Source: Alphaproteobacteria bacterium
GTDB taxonomy: Bacteria > Pseudomonadota > Alphaproteobacteria > CAAHEQ01 > UBA3637
DNA length: 64,000 bases
Assembly: GCA_045660045.1 (NCBI GenBank)
Contig: JAZRDB010000007.1
Span: 5,180-69,179, forward strand
Direction: 5' to 3'
Shown here piece by piece: positions 37,742-45,929 of the stretch; positions within the stretch are counted from its first letter, which is position 1; each line of letters begins with the position of its first letter. The notes under the pieces were generated by a model, which was not told the origin of the DNA, made no database searches, and saw nothing but the letters and a program-made list of their open reading frames with translations. The position numbers and the translations under genes were made by a program.

Positions 37742-38929
37742 ATGGAAAAGATATGGATTTGTGATTCGACACTACGTGATGGGGAACAAGCTCCTGATGC
37801 AGGTATGACTTTTGATCAAAAAATTACTCTAGGCAATGCCTTAATAGATTTAGGCGTAGATATATTGGAAGCTGGCTTTCCAAGAACTTCGTCCTTGGAT
37901 GCCGATGTTGTTTATCGGTTGGCGCGAGAGGCTCAAAATAGAGATGTTATTATCAGTTCTGTTGCGCGTTGTTGTCAGGCTGATATCGATGTGTCTGTAA
38001 AAGTTCTTGAGCCGGTAATAAACGATAAAAAAGGACATCTTCATCTTTTTACGCCAACAAGTTTTACCCATGCAGCGAATAAGTTGCATAAAACTCCTGA
38101 AGAAATTCTGAATATGACGCGAGAGGGTATCGAATATGCAAAGAATTTTGCGCCCATTAAGTGGTCGGCAGAGGATGCAACACGCTCAGATAAAGATTTC
38201 CTGGTAAAATGTGTTCAAACAGCGATTGATGCAGGAGCAACCACTATTAACTTGGCGGACACGGTTGGACAAATGGTGGATACACAAATGCAACAATTGT
38301 TTGAGTATGTTATTCAAAAAACAACGCACGAAGGGGTTATTTTTTCTGTTCATTGTCATAATGATAAAGGTTTGGCGACCGCAAATTCGCTTTTTGCGAT
38401 TAAGGGGGGTGCCAGAGAAGTGGATTGTTGTATGAATGGTTTAGGCGAAAGAGCAGGCAATGCAGCATTGGAAGAAATTGTAATGACTATTAAAACAACG
38501 CCAGAGGTTTATCCGTTTGAAACAAAAATTGATACAAAAAAAATCATGGAAGTGTCTCGATTGGCAGAAAATTTTTCAGGATTTCAAGTGTCCAGAAACA
38601 AAGCAATTATTGGCAAAAACGCCTTTTTGAACGCATCTGGCATTCATCAGGATGGTATTATAAAAGGACAAGCGGCCAATATAAAAACAATGTATAACGC
38701 CATTCCTCCAGAATTGCTGGGTCGAAAAAATGAAATTGTAATTACGCGACATAGTGGTTCTTGTGCAATTGTCTATGTGCTACAGCAGGAAGGTGTAGAG
38801 GTGAATCAAGAAATTGCGCGTGAGCTTTTACAGCATATCAAAGAGCGGGCAGATCATCCGAAAAGTTTCACCCGAGAAGAATTGGTTGCATTATACCAAG
38901 AGCTGGCGGAAAACCATAAAAATTCTTGA
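37742..38929 (+). CDS. Short 2-isopropylmalate/citramalate/homocitrate synthase family protein (HMGL-like, no LeuA regulatory domain)
   Basis: 395 aa containing DSTLRDGEQ, HCHNDKGLATANS and GLGERAGNAALEE. Confidence 0.8.
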   Translation: MEKIWICDSTLRDGEQAPDAGMTFDQKITLGNALIDLGVDILEAGFPRTSSLDADVVYRLAREAQNRDVIISSVARCCQADIDVSVKVLEPVINDKKGHLHLFTPTSFTHAANKLHKTPEEILNMTREGIEYAKNFAPIKWSAEDATRSDKDFLVKCVQTAIDAGATTINLADTVGQMVDTQMQQLFEYVIQKTTHEGVIFSVHCHNDKGLATANSLFAIKGGAREVDCCMNGLGERAGNAALEEIVMTIKTTPEVYPFETKIDTKKIMEVSRLAENFSGFQVSRNKAIIGKNAFLNASGIHQDGIIKGQAANIKTMYNAIPPELLGRKNEIVITRHSGSCAIVYVLQQEGVEVNQEIARELLQHIKERADHPKSFTREELVALYQELAENHKNS

Positions 38930-38954
38930 CTTATTTGTTCATTTTTGCTATTAT
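38926..38954 (+). promoter_or_regulatory. Promoter of tRNA-Ser
   Basis: TTGACT, 17-nt spacer, TATTAT, ending about 20 nt before the tRNA 5' end. Confidence 0.55.
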
Positions 38955-38973
38955 GCTCGCATTATCATTTGAA

Positions 38974-39062
38974 GGAGCGTTGGCAGAGTGGTAATGCAGC
39001 GGATTGCTAATCCGTCATCCTGTTAAAGGGATGCACAGGTTCGAGTCCTGTACGCTCCGCCA
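38974..39062 (+). tRNA. tRNA-Ser (anticodon GCU), CCA encoded
   Basis: Folded by hand: acceptor GGAGCGT/ACGCTCC, 3-bp D stem, anticodon arm GCGGA-TTGCTAA-TCCGT, long variable arm CATCC...GGATG, T arm ACAGG-TTCGAGT-CCTGT, discriminator G plus CCA. Confidence 0.9.
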
Positions 39063-39071
39063 AATTGGACA

Positions 39072-39096
39072 AGTCGTCAGAAATGACGACTTTTTT
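39072..39096 (+). terminator. Intrinsic terminator after tRNA-Ser
   Basis: AGTCGTCA-GAAA-TGACGACT hairpin followed by T5. Confidence 0.75.
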
Positions 39097-39332
39097 AATA
39101 CTTATCAGCGCCTTAAATCGGTTCAATTAGAACGTAAATCAAAGGCACATATTTTGTCCAATAATCGAACCATAAATGCGTTAACCATTTGATTTTGTTA
39201 TGTTTCATTTTTTTTCTGTTTAAAAGGCTTACAGCCACTCGAATTTTTTTATAAAATCATACTTTTTTATGTTGTATTTCAAATTTAGATGAACTACAAC
39301 CAACGTAGTTTTACATTCGGGAGAATTTTATT

Positions 39333-39470
39333 GTGAAATTAGAAAAAGTAAAAGTTGATAAAAAATATAGAATATCTTTTAAGGATGAGGATAAGTTGTC
39401 CACCGTCAGTGCGCCAATTACCCACAATAATGATCCCTCAGAATTCATTTGGTTGGAATTAATAAAATAA
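39333..39470 (+). other. 45-codon ORF whose last 10 codons and downstream promoter duplicate the truB 3' end (possible gene remnant)
   Basis: GTG start with a GGGAGA SD. It ends ...DPSEFIWLELIK*, compared with TruB ...IRPEFIWLELK*. A 21-nt stretch is identical (39441-39461 = 58453-58473). Confidence 0.35.
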
Positions 39471-39474
39471 CTGC

Positions 39475-39503
39475 TTGATTCTTTGTGGAATAAGGTGTAC
39501 TAT
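39475..39503 (+). promoter_or_regulatory. Promoter of the 39529 gene (its -35 box lies in the duplicated truB/rpsO segment)
   Basis: TTGATT, 17-nt spacer, TACTAT. Confidence 0.5.
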
Positions 39504-39528
39504 ATGCACAAGCATAGGAGGTATGAGT

Positions 39529-40299
39529 ATGTTCAAGAAAAAGTTAACGCCAGGAATAAAAAGTTTGCTTGCTTCTTTGGTGTTGTCTAGTGTGGCAGCA
39601 TTGTCTGCGAAGGAGGCTTCTGCAGAAACACATCCTCAAGTAGGTGTTGATTTAGTGAAAACAGTAGTGAGAAGTGATAGAACGGCACAGATTGATTATT
39701 CAAATCATTTGTTTGGGGAAGAATTAGCTTCGACAGACAATTTAGATATTGTGTCACAATATTATGTCTGGAATTTATTCGAGGCAGATGAAAATGGTGT
39801 TATTCCTGGATTGTTAACGGACGGGTCGGTGTCTGTTTCCAAAGAAAAATCTAACAACATGGACAAGGATGGTATTCAAAACAATGCCTCCAAGAAAACA
39901 ACGACATCGCGTGTTTATTTGCATGAGCCAACAGGGACAGCTTTTCTGGGGTTAGATTATCATGATGTTTCTATAGATATGGGTTCTGAGCGTTCTGCCA
40001 GCACATTGTCAGATCATATGTTGCTTCGTATACGCGATCAATCAGAACTTCGTAAGGTTCAAGATTGGCTGGTTGCCAGTATGAATAAAATTGGCCAAAA
40101 GAATGAAGCAACAGAAGCACTTTTTTCACTTTTTAAGGCAACACAATCGCCATTATTTCAAAATTTGCCTCAGGGAAATGTTAAGCCCTATCACCTAAGT
40201 CCGTTACAAATGAAATCTGTTGAAGCGACCTTTGTTAGAACGGGGCATTTTTCATTGCCAGGTGGTTTGACCATGCGCAAAGGAAGGGGCCTGGATTAA
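39529..40299 (+). CDS. Secreted hypothetical protein (256 aa)
   Basis: AGGAGG SD 7 nt upstream of ATG 39529 (ATG 39523 is also possible). Signal peptide MFKKKLTPGIKSLLASLVLSSVAALSAKEASA. No recognisable domain. Confidence 0.65.
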   Translation: MFKKKLTPGIKSLLASLVLSSVAALSAKEASAETHPQVGVDLVKTVVRSDRTAQIDYSNHLFGEELASTDNLDIVSQYYVWNLFEADENGVIPGLLTDGSVSVSKEKSNNMDKDGIQNNASKKTTTSRVYLHEPTGTAFLGLDYHDVSIDMGSERSASTLSDHMLLRIRDQSELRKVQDWLVASMNKIGQKNEATEALFSLFKATQSPLFQNLPQGNVKPYHLSPLQMKSVEATFVRTGHFSLPGGLTMRKGRGLD

Positions 40300-40321
40300 G
40301 ATAATAGATCGCTTAATTAAG

Positions 40322-40615
40322 GTGGATGCATATTGTGGTTGTCCGGATGGTGGTAAACCATCGGAAGCATTTTTAAAGGACAAATATCACCATCCATGCT
40401 GTAAAGGAAAGTATATGTACAACCCAAAAACAAAACGCTATGATAAGGAAAACAATTTGGCATGTAATCCAGAAGGAGCTAAGAAAATGGTAAAATCTAT
40501 TGAGTGGTCTTTGATAAAGCATTCGAAAAAACCTGGATTGGATCCTCTTGTACATGCAGCGGCAGAAAACCCGGATGCTTTGCGAGAGAGCATGGATATA
40601 ACAGAACTTTATTAA
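40322..40615 (+). CDS. Small hypothetical Cys/Lys-rich protein (97 aa)
   Basis: GTG start without a clear SD. The ORF follows the secreted-protein gene by 22 nt. Coding status is uncertain. Confidence 0.35.
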   Translation: MDAYCGCPDGGKPSEAFLKDKYHHPCCKGKYMYNPKTKRYDKENNLACNPEGAKKMVKSIEWSLIKHSKKPGLDPLVHAAAENPDALRESMDITELY

Positions 40616-40923
40616 AGTTGTGTCATTTTTTTACTGATTTAGCTCTCATTATGCACAGAATGGCCCGCCATTTTTAACTTAAATTTAATTTTTTCTATAT
40701 ATAATGACAATTACTTTAATAAAAATATAAAAAAAGAATAAGTAGAAAGAATAACAAATGAAAATAAAAGATAAATTTTTGAATCCCAAGCTCTATGGCT
40801 TTATCACAAGTGGTAAAGTTGACGTTGAAAGCTTTAGGCCTGATGGGAATTCTAGCATCTTCTTTTATCAAGAACATACAGGCTTTATCAAAGCCAAGTA
40901 TAATTTCTAACAAGGAGATAAGT

Positions 40924-41640
40924 ATGCAAAAAACAATGATTACATCGGCTGCATTAGTAGGAATGGGGTTATTATTGGCAGGCTTTTTTCCAGGATATTA
41001 TTACTATCATACACAAATGGACAATCGTACCGTTACGGTTAAAGGATTAGCCGAACAAGATGTGGTGGCTGATTTGGCGATTTGGACGATCCGCTTTCAA
41101 ACAGCGGGTAATGATATTTTGCTTGCCAAAAAAGACATTGAAAATCAACAAAAAATGATCACTGATTTTTTGGTGAAAGCTGGTTTTACCTCTGATGAAA
41201 TTGGGATACAGGGCTTAACGATGCAAGATGCCTATGCAGACAGTTATCGCGATAAATCATCCATTTCCGCGCGCTATACTTTGAACCAAACAATGCTTGT
41301 CAGAACGGACAAAGTGGCGTTGGTGCAAAATACCTATCCCAACATTGGGGATTTGGTGTCCAAAGGCGTGACATTTAATCCATATGGTAACGGAGTATCG
41401 TATGTTTATACAAAATTGAACGAAATTAAGCCACAAATGTTGAATGCTGCCATTGTAAACGCCAAAGCGGCGGCGGACGAATTTGCAAAAACATCCGGAT
41501 CTAAGGTGGGCGATATTCGTCATGCAAATCAAGGCGTCTTTTCCATCACAGCACGGGAAGAAAATCCCGACTCAAGTGAATCGGGACAAATCAATAAAAA
41601 AGTGCGCGTCGTTTCTACAATTGAATACTTTTTAAAATAG
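40924..41640 (+). CDS. SIMPL/DUF541-family periplasmic protein (YggE-like)
   Basis: Start refined to ATG 40924 (AAGGAG SD). It has an N-terminal anchor helix, then RTVTVKGLAE...IRFQT... and a C-terminal ...VRVVSTIEYFLK, typical of SIMPL proteins. Confidence 0.65.
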   Translation: MQKTMITSAALVGMGLLLAGFFPGYYYYHTQMDNRTVTVKGLAEQDVVADLAIWTIRFQTAGNDILLAKKDIENQQKMITDFLVKAGFTSDEIGIQGLTMQDAYADSYRDKSSISARYTLNQTMLVRTDKVALVQNTYPNIGDLVSKGVTFNPYGNGVSYVYTKLNEIKPQMLNAAIVNAKAAADEFAKTSGSKVGDIRHANQGVFSITAREENPDSSESGQINKKVRVVSTIEYFLK

Positions 41641-41643
41641 CAC

Positions 41644-43416
41644 TCATTCCAATATGGCTTTAATCCGACGCACACCCGCGGAAGAAGATTCCTCTTTCAA
41701 GATGCGAAAGCGTCCCAAATCTCCTGTGTTGGTCGCATGGGGGCCACCACACACTTCTTTGGAAAAATCGCCCATGGTGTAAACTTTTACCAATTCGGCG
41801 TCATAGCGGTCTTTAAATAGGGCTGTTGCGCCTTCCGATACTGCCTTATCAAGGGGCATCTCTTCGCATGTAATCGGCATCTTTTTGTTGATGGCTTCAT
41901 TGACAAGATCTTCCACTTGTTTTACCTCTTCCGGCGTCATTTTGCGGCCAAAAGAAAAGTCAAAACGCAAGCGTTCTGGGGTAATATTGCTGCCTTTTTG
42001 AGCCACTTCTGATCCTAAAACTTTGCGTAAAGCGGCGTGCAACAGGTGTGTTGCAGAGTGCAAATTCGTTGTTTCAACGGAGTGATCACTCAAACCGCAT
42101 TTGAATTTTTGCTCTGACCCAGCCCGAGATAAAGCTTGATGTGCTTCAAAACACTTGTTAAATCCATCTACATCCACCGAAATGCCATTTTCTGTGGCAA
42201 TTTCTTGCGTGAATTCCAACGGGAAGCCATAAGTGTCATACAAATGAAAAGCAGTTTGTCCATCAATGGTTTTATTTTGTAAATTGGACATCACTTTATC
42301 CATTTCTTTAAGACCTATTGTCAAAGTGCGGCTAAACAATTTTTCTTCTTTCGTCAGTTCATCCAAAATAAAGGCGCGATTCCGACCCAATTCAGGATAA
42401 TCTGGCGCATAGCGATTAATAATTGTTTCTGCTAAATGAGGCAGCTCAGCTGGTTCAACACCTAACTTTTTCATATTCCGAATAGCAATACGAATCAAGC
42501 GGCGCAAAATATAGCCTTGATCGGTGTTGGAGGGGGTTAAGCCGCGATCATCACCCAAGATAAACACGCCTGTACGAAGGTGATCGGCGATTTTGCGGAA
42601 CGCCTTTAAATCATCATCATATTTTTTGCCGGAAAGTGTTTCCAGCTGTTTAATTGTATCAGAAAAAAGTTCTGTGGAATATACATCTTGGATTCCGTTC
42701 AAAAAACAAAGTGTGCGTTCCAACCCCATTCCTGTGTCCACATTTTTTTGTGCTAACAGCTCATAGGTGCCATCTTCTTTTTTGTTGTATTGCATAAAAA
42801 CGTCATTCCAAACCTCAGTATATTTGCCACAATGACACCCTGGTCTACAATCTGGACCACATTTTGGTTGGCCGTTATCAATAAACATTTCGGTATCGGG
42901 ACCACAAGGGCCTGTTTGACCAGCGGGGCCCCACCAGTTGTCTTCTTTACCATTAAAAAAGATCTGATCATCACGAAGCCCTTGTTCTTTCCAATAGCCA
43001 GCTGTTTCTTCGTCACGAGGTGCGTTTTCATCCCCCGCAAAACATGTCACAGCCAATTGTTCTTTTTTAAAGCCCAGTTTTTGGGTTAAGAATTCAAAGC
43101 TCCAAGCCACCATTTCTTTTTTGAAATAATCACCCAAAGACCAGTTGCCCATCATCTGGAAGAAAGTCAAATGGCAATAATCTCCCACATCAGCAATATC
43201 ATTTGTGCGAATGCACTTTTGTACGTCTGTTAAGCGTGTGCCTGCAGGATGCTTTTGTCCCATCAAATATGGAACCAATGGATGCATTCCGGCGGTTGTG
43301 AACAACACCGTTGGATCATTTTCAGGGAACACGGAAGCGGATGGAATTTCCACATGTCCCTTGCTTTTAAAAAAGTTAATCCATAAATCACGTAATTCAT
43401 GATAGGTAAATGGCAT
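41644..43416 (-). CDS. alaS: Alanyl-tRNA synthetase, short form ending after the editing domain (590 aa)
   Basis: Start refined to ATG 43416 (AAGGAG SD). The N-terminus reads FFKSKGHVEIPSASV...FTTAGMHP. The editing motifs HSATHLLH and CGGPH are present. The stop falls right after GVRRIKAILE, so no C-Ala/DHHA1 region is encoded. Confidence 0.9.
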   Translation of the reverse strand: MPFTYHELRDLWINFFKSKGHVEIPSASVFPENDPTVLFTTAGMHPLVPYLMGQKHPAGTRLTDVQKCIRTNDIADVGDYCHLTFFQMMGNWSLGDYFKKEMVAWSFEFLTQKLGFKKEQLAVTCFAGDENAPRDEETAGYWKEQGLRDDQIFFNGKEDNWWGPAGQTGPCGPDTEMFIDNGQPKCGPDCRPGCHCGKYTEVWNDVFMQYNKKEDGTYELLAQKNVDTGMGLERTLCFLNGIQDVYSTELFSDTIKQLETLSGKKYDDDLKAFRKIADHLRTGVFILGDDRGLTPSNTDQGYILRRLIRIAIRNMKKLGVEPAELPHLAETIINRYAPDYPELGRNRAFILDELTKEEKLFSRTLTIGLKEMDKVMSNLQNKTIDGQTAFHLYDTYGFPLEFTQEIATENGISVDVDGFNKCFEAHQALSRAGSEQKFKCGLSDHSVETTNLHSATHLLHAALRKVLGSEVAQKGSNITPERLRFDFSFGRKMTPEEVKQVEDLVNEAINKKMPITCEEMPLDKAVSEGATALFKDRYDAELVKVYTMGDFSKEVCGGPHATNTGDLGRFRILKEESSSAGVRRIKAILE

Positions 43417-43478
43417 TTCGTTCTCCTTTGTTAAAATTGGAACTATTTTATCAAAAAAGCCTTTGAAAGTCAAGGTAT

Positions 43479-43507
43479 TTGACAAAAACAAAAAAGGGGT
43501 ATAAAAT
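43479..43507 (+). promoter_or_regulatory. Promoter of the small lipoprotein gene
   Basis: TTGACA, 17-nt spacer, TAAAAT. Confidence 0.5.
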
Positions 43508-43538
43508 GGCGACGCAAAACAAAAGAAAGGATTTTAAC

Positions 43539-43820
43539 ATGCGTAAATTATTAGTTGTTGGTTTAGCCTTGGCTTTGTCCGCTTGTGGAACAACCGCCAA
43601 TACATCCAATGCCTCTTTGAACACCTGTTTAACACAAAAAGCCTATGCTACATTGAATGATGGTTCTTTGTTTACAACAGAAATTAAAACCTTGGCCAAA
43701 AATATTTCCACGGCTTGCTTGAAGCAATTAGCTTTGGAAAAATCTGGTTTAAGTGAAGAATCTGTGACAGCTGCCGCCAATGTATTGAATGCATTGAAGG
43801 CTGCCAAAACAGCAGAATAA
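43539..43820 (+). CDS. Small lipoprotein, hypothetical (93 aa)
   Basis: Start refined to ATG 43539. The lipobox is LALSAC. Confidence 0.6.
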   Translation: MRKLLVVGLALALSACGTTANTSNASLNTCLTQKAYATLNDGSLFTTEIKTLAKNISTACLKQLALEKSGLSEESVTAAANVLNALKAAKTAE

Positions 43821-43840
43821 GTCAATTCTAACAATTTAAA

Positions 43841-43875
43841 CCCCCGCCCAAATCGGACGGGGATTTTTTATTTTT
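43841..43875. terminator. Bidirectional terminator between the lipoprotein gene and recA
   Basis: CCCCGCC-CAAATC-GGACGGGG hairpin followed by ATTTTTTATTTTT. An A/T-rich tract precedes it for the opposite strand. Confidence 0.6.
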
Positions 43876-43883
43876 ATAACGGA

Positions 43884-44927
43884 TTATTCCGCTTCTGTTG
43901 AGGCGTCATGATCGCCAACAATCATATCCTTGGAAATATCCTTGGCATGATCGCGGATGGCTTTTTCCAGTTCGCCGGCTTCCTTGGTGTGTTCTTTCAG
44001 CCAAGATTTTGCGGCTTCACGGCCTTGACCAATACGTTCGTCTTTATATGAGAACCAAGCCCCAGCTTTTTCCACTAAGCCGGCCTTGATACCTAAGTCC
44101 AACAATTCGCCCATCTTGGAAATACCTTCTCCATATAAGATATCAAAGTCAACAGTTTTAAATGGCGGGGCGACTTTGTTTTTCACAATCTTGACACGTG
44201 TTTGGTTGCCAATGACATCTTCGTGATCCTTGACGGAGCCAATGCGGCGAATATCAATACGCACAGACGCATAGAATTTCAATGCATTGCCGCCTGTTGT
44301 TGTTTCTGGGTTGCCGAACATCACGCCAATTTTCATACGAATCTGGTTGATAAAGATGACCAATGTGTTGGCTCTGGCCACAGAGGCTGTCAATTTTCGT
44401 AAGGCTTGGCTCATCAAGCGAGCTTGCAATCCCATGTGCGAATCGCCCATGTCGCCTTCCAACTCGGCTTTTGGTACCAAAGCGGCCACAGAGTCAACCA
44501 CCAACACCGAAAGTGTGCCAGAACGCACCAATGTATCGGCAATTTCTAAGGCTTGTTCGCCGGTATCTGGCTGAGAAATCAATAAATCATCAATGTTGAC
44601 ACCTAACTTGCGGGCATAACTTGGATCCATGGCGTGTTCGGCATCGATATAAGCGCAGACGCCACCTTGTTTTTGAGCTTCCGCCACAACGTGTAAGGCC
44701 AAAGTTGTTTTACCTGAACTTTCAGGTCCATAGATTTCAATAATGCGGCCTTTTGGTAAACCGCCAATACCCAAAGCCAAATCCAAGCCCAAAGAACCCG
44801 TAGAAATGGCAGGAATTTCAACAGCGTTATCTTGTTGGCCCAAACGCATAATGGATCCTTTTCCAAACGCGCGTTCAATTTGTGCTACAGCGGCTTCTAA
44901 TGCTTTATCTTTTTCCATATTTTTCAA
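43884..44927 (-). CDS. recA: Recombinase RecA
   Basis: 347 aa containing [12 protein letters not shown] and the L1/L2 loop regions. Confidence 0.97.
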   Translation of the reverse strand: MKNMEKDKALEAAVAQIERAFGKGSIMRLGQQDNAVEIPAISTGSLGLDLALGIGGLPKGRIIEIYGPESSGKTTLALHVVAEAQKQGGVCAYIDAEHAMDPSYARKLGVNIDDLLISQPDTGEQALEIADTLVRSGTLSVLVVDSVAALVPKAELEGDMGDSHMGLQARLMSQALRKLTASVARANTLVIFINQIRMKIGVMFGNPETTTGGNALKFYASVRIDIRRIGSVKDHEDVIGNQTRVKIVKNKVAPPFKTVDFDILYGEGISKMGELLDLGIKAGLVEKAGAWFSYKDERIGQGREAAKSWLKEHTKEAGELEKAIRDHAKDISKDMIVGDHDASTEAE

Positions 44928-44943
44928 CTCCTTGTTAAAATTC

Positions 44944-44958
44944 GTTCTCGTTTTGTTC
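44944..44958. promoter_or_regulatory. LexA (SOS) box of the alphaproteobacterial type, GTTC-N7-GTTC
   Basis: GTTCTCGTTTTGTTC lies 17-31 nt upstream of the recA ATG and immediately downstream of the predicted -10 box. Confidence 0.7.
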
Positions 44959-44962
44959 TCAT

Positions 44963-44991
44963 ATCATAAAACAGAAAAAATTTATTTGCAA
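44963..44991 (-). promoter_or_regulatory. recA promoter
   Basis: Minus strand: TTGCAA (44991-44986), 17-nt spacer, TATGAT (44968-44963). Confidence 0.55.
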
Positions 44992-45248
44992 CAACTTTTT
45001 TATGTTTTTATGATAAATTTGACAAGAATCTGATTTTATGATGAAATCTGAATATTTTTATGAGAAAAACGCTTGATGGAGGATGAAGAGCGTAAAATTT
45101 GGAAAAAAAGACAACGAACAAATCATTGATTCTTTGATGACGAACAAAATGAGTGCTTTATGTTGCGTTACAATTTTTCGCCATATTCCATCGGTGAAAT
45201 TGGTCATGGCAATTTGGCTTAGCGTGCAATTCATTCAATGTTTCCAAA

Positions 45249-45277
45249 TTGACAAAAAGAAAAAAGAAGTGTATACT
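45249..45277 (+). promoter_or_regulatory. Promoter of the 45306 gene
   Basis: TTGACA, 17-nt spacer, TATACT. Confidence 0.55.
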
Positions 45278-45305
45278 GTATAAGAACACGTCGAAAGGAT
45301 CATAT

Positions 45306-45737
45306 ATGTCACGCAAAACTTCAAGTGCTTTACAAAACAAGGATGCGGCGGCTACCATATTAGGAAATAAAACCCTTCAAGAAATGGAGCGCTGTTTGAT
45401 GCAAAAATTCAAACATCAAAAACAAATGTTGGGTGATGAAAAAATGGCTGAATATGTTGAACAAAAATTCTTGTTGCCTGCAATCAAAAATAAGGCAAAC
45501 ATTAAAACACCCGAAACATTTCAATATCTACAAGCTATTTATGGTGCTGCCTATCGCGCCAAAATTCCATTAAATCCATCGGAATTTTGGTATGTCCAGA
45601 ATCAAGCTGAACAGGTCGGCGCCCAGGAATTAGCTGATTTTGTTAAAGGACAATATGAAAAATTTAAGCGCGTTCACATTTGGTTGAAATGCAATCCCTT
45701 AGCGAAATTCAAACGTTTTTGGTTTATGAAAGATTAG
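45306..45737 (+). CDS. Hypothetical protein (143 aa)
   Basis: Start refined to ATG 45306 (AAAGGA SD). No recognisable motif. Confidence 0.55.
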   Translation: MSRKTSSALQNKDAAATILGNKTLQEMERCLMQKFKHQKQMLGDEKMAEYVEQKFLLPAIKNKANIKTPETFQYLQAIYGAAYRAKIPLNPSEFWYVQNQAEQVGAQELADFVKGQYEKFKRVHIWLKCNPLAKFKRFWFMKD

Positions 45738-45754
45738 CTTTTGAAAGAATTTTC

Positions 45755-45783
45755 TTGACTTTTCATTCCGTTTTAGCTACAAT
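45755..45783 (+). promoter_or_regulatory. rpsB operon promoter
   Basis: TTGACT, 17-nt spacer, TACAAT. A ~140-nt leader follows, containing the TGCCAAAA/TTTTGGCA hairpin. Confidence 0.55.
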
Positions 45784-45929
45784 AATGTTGTTTTGATGTA
45801 AATCGAAGCATAACACATGTGGGGCAGGCGCCCTTTGGGTGTTCCAGAGGATCGCTTCCGGTGTGCCAAAAAATGAGTTTTGGCATATTATCCCCGCAGA
45901 GGAATAACTGGAAGAAGAAAGGATTTAAA

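Noticed and set aside
39004-39192. 62-aa ORF overlapping tRNA-Ser.
   Set aside because: It starts inside the tRNA and runs through the tRNA terminator hairpin. The tRNA fold is complete and convincing, so the ORF is spurious.
38974-40700. A genomic island integrated at tRNA-Ser.
   Set aside because: I found no integrase or recombinase, no direct repeat of the tRNA 3' end and no mobility genes. Only weak circumstantial signs remain, and these are reported as a low-interest finding.
45083-45283. 66-aa ORF upstream of the 45306 gene.
   Set aside because: It has no SD and overlaps the TTGACA-17-TATACT promoter of the downstream gene as well as the recA upstream region. The translation is not protein-like.
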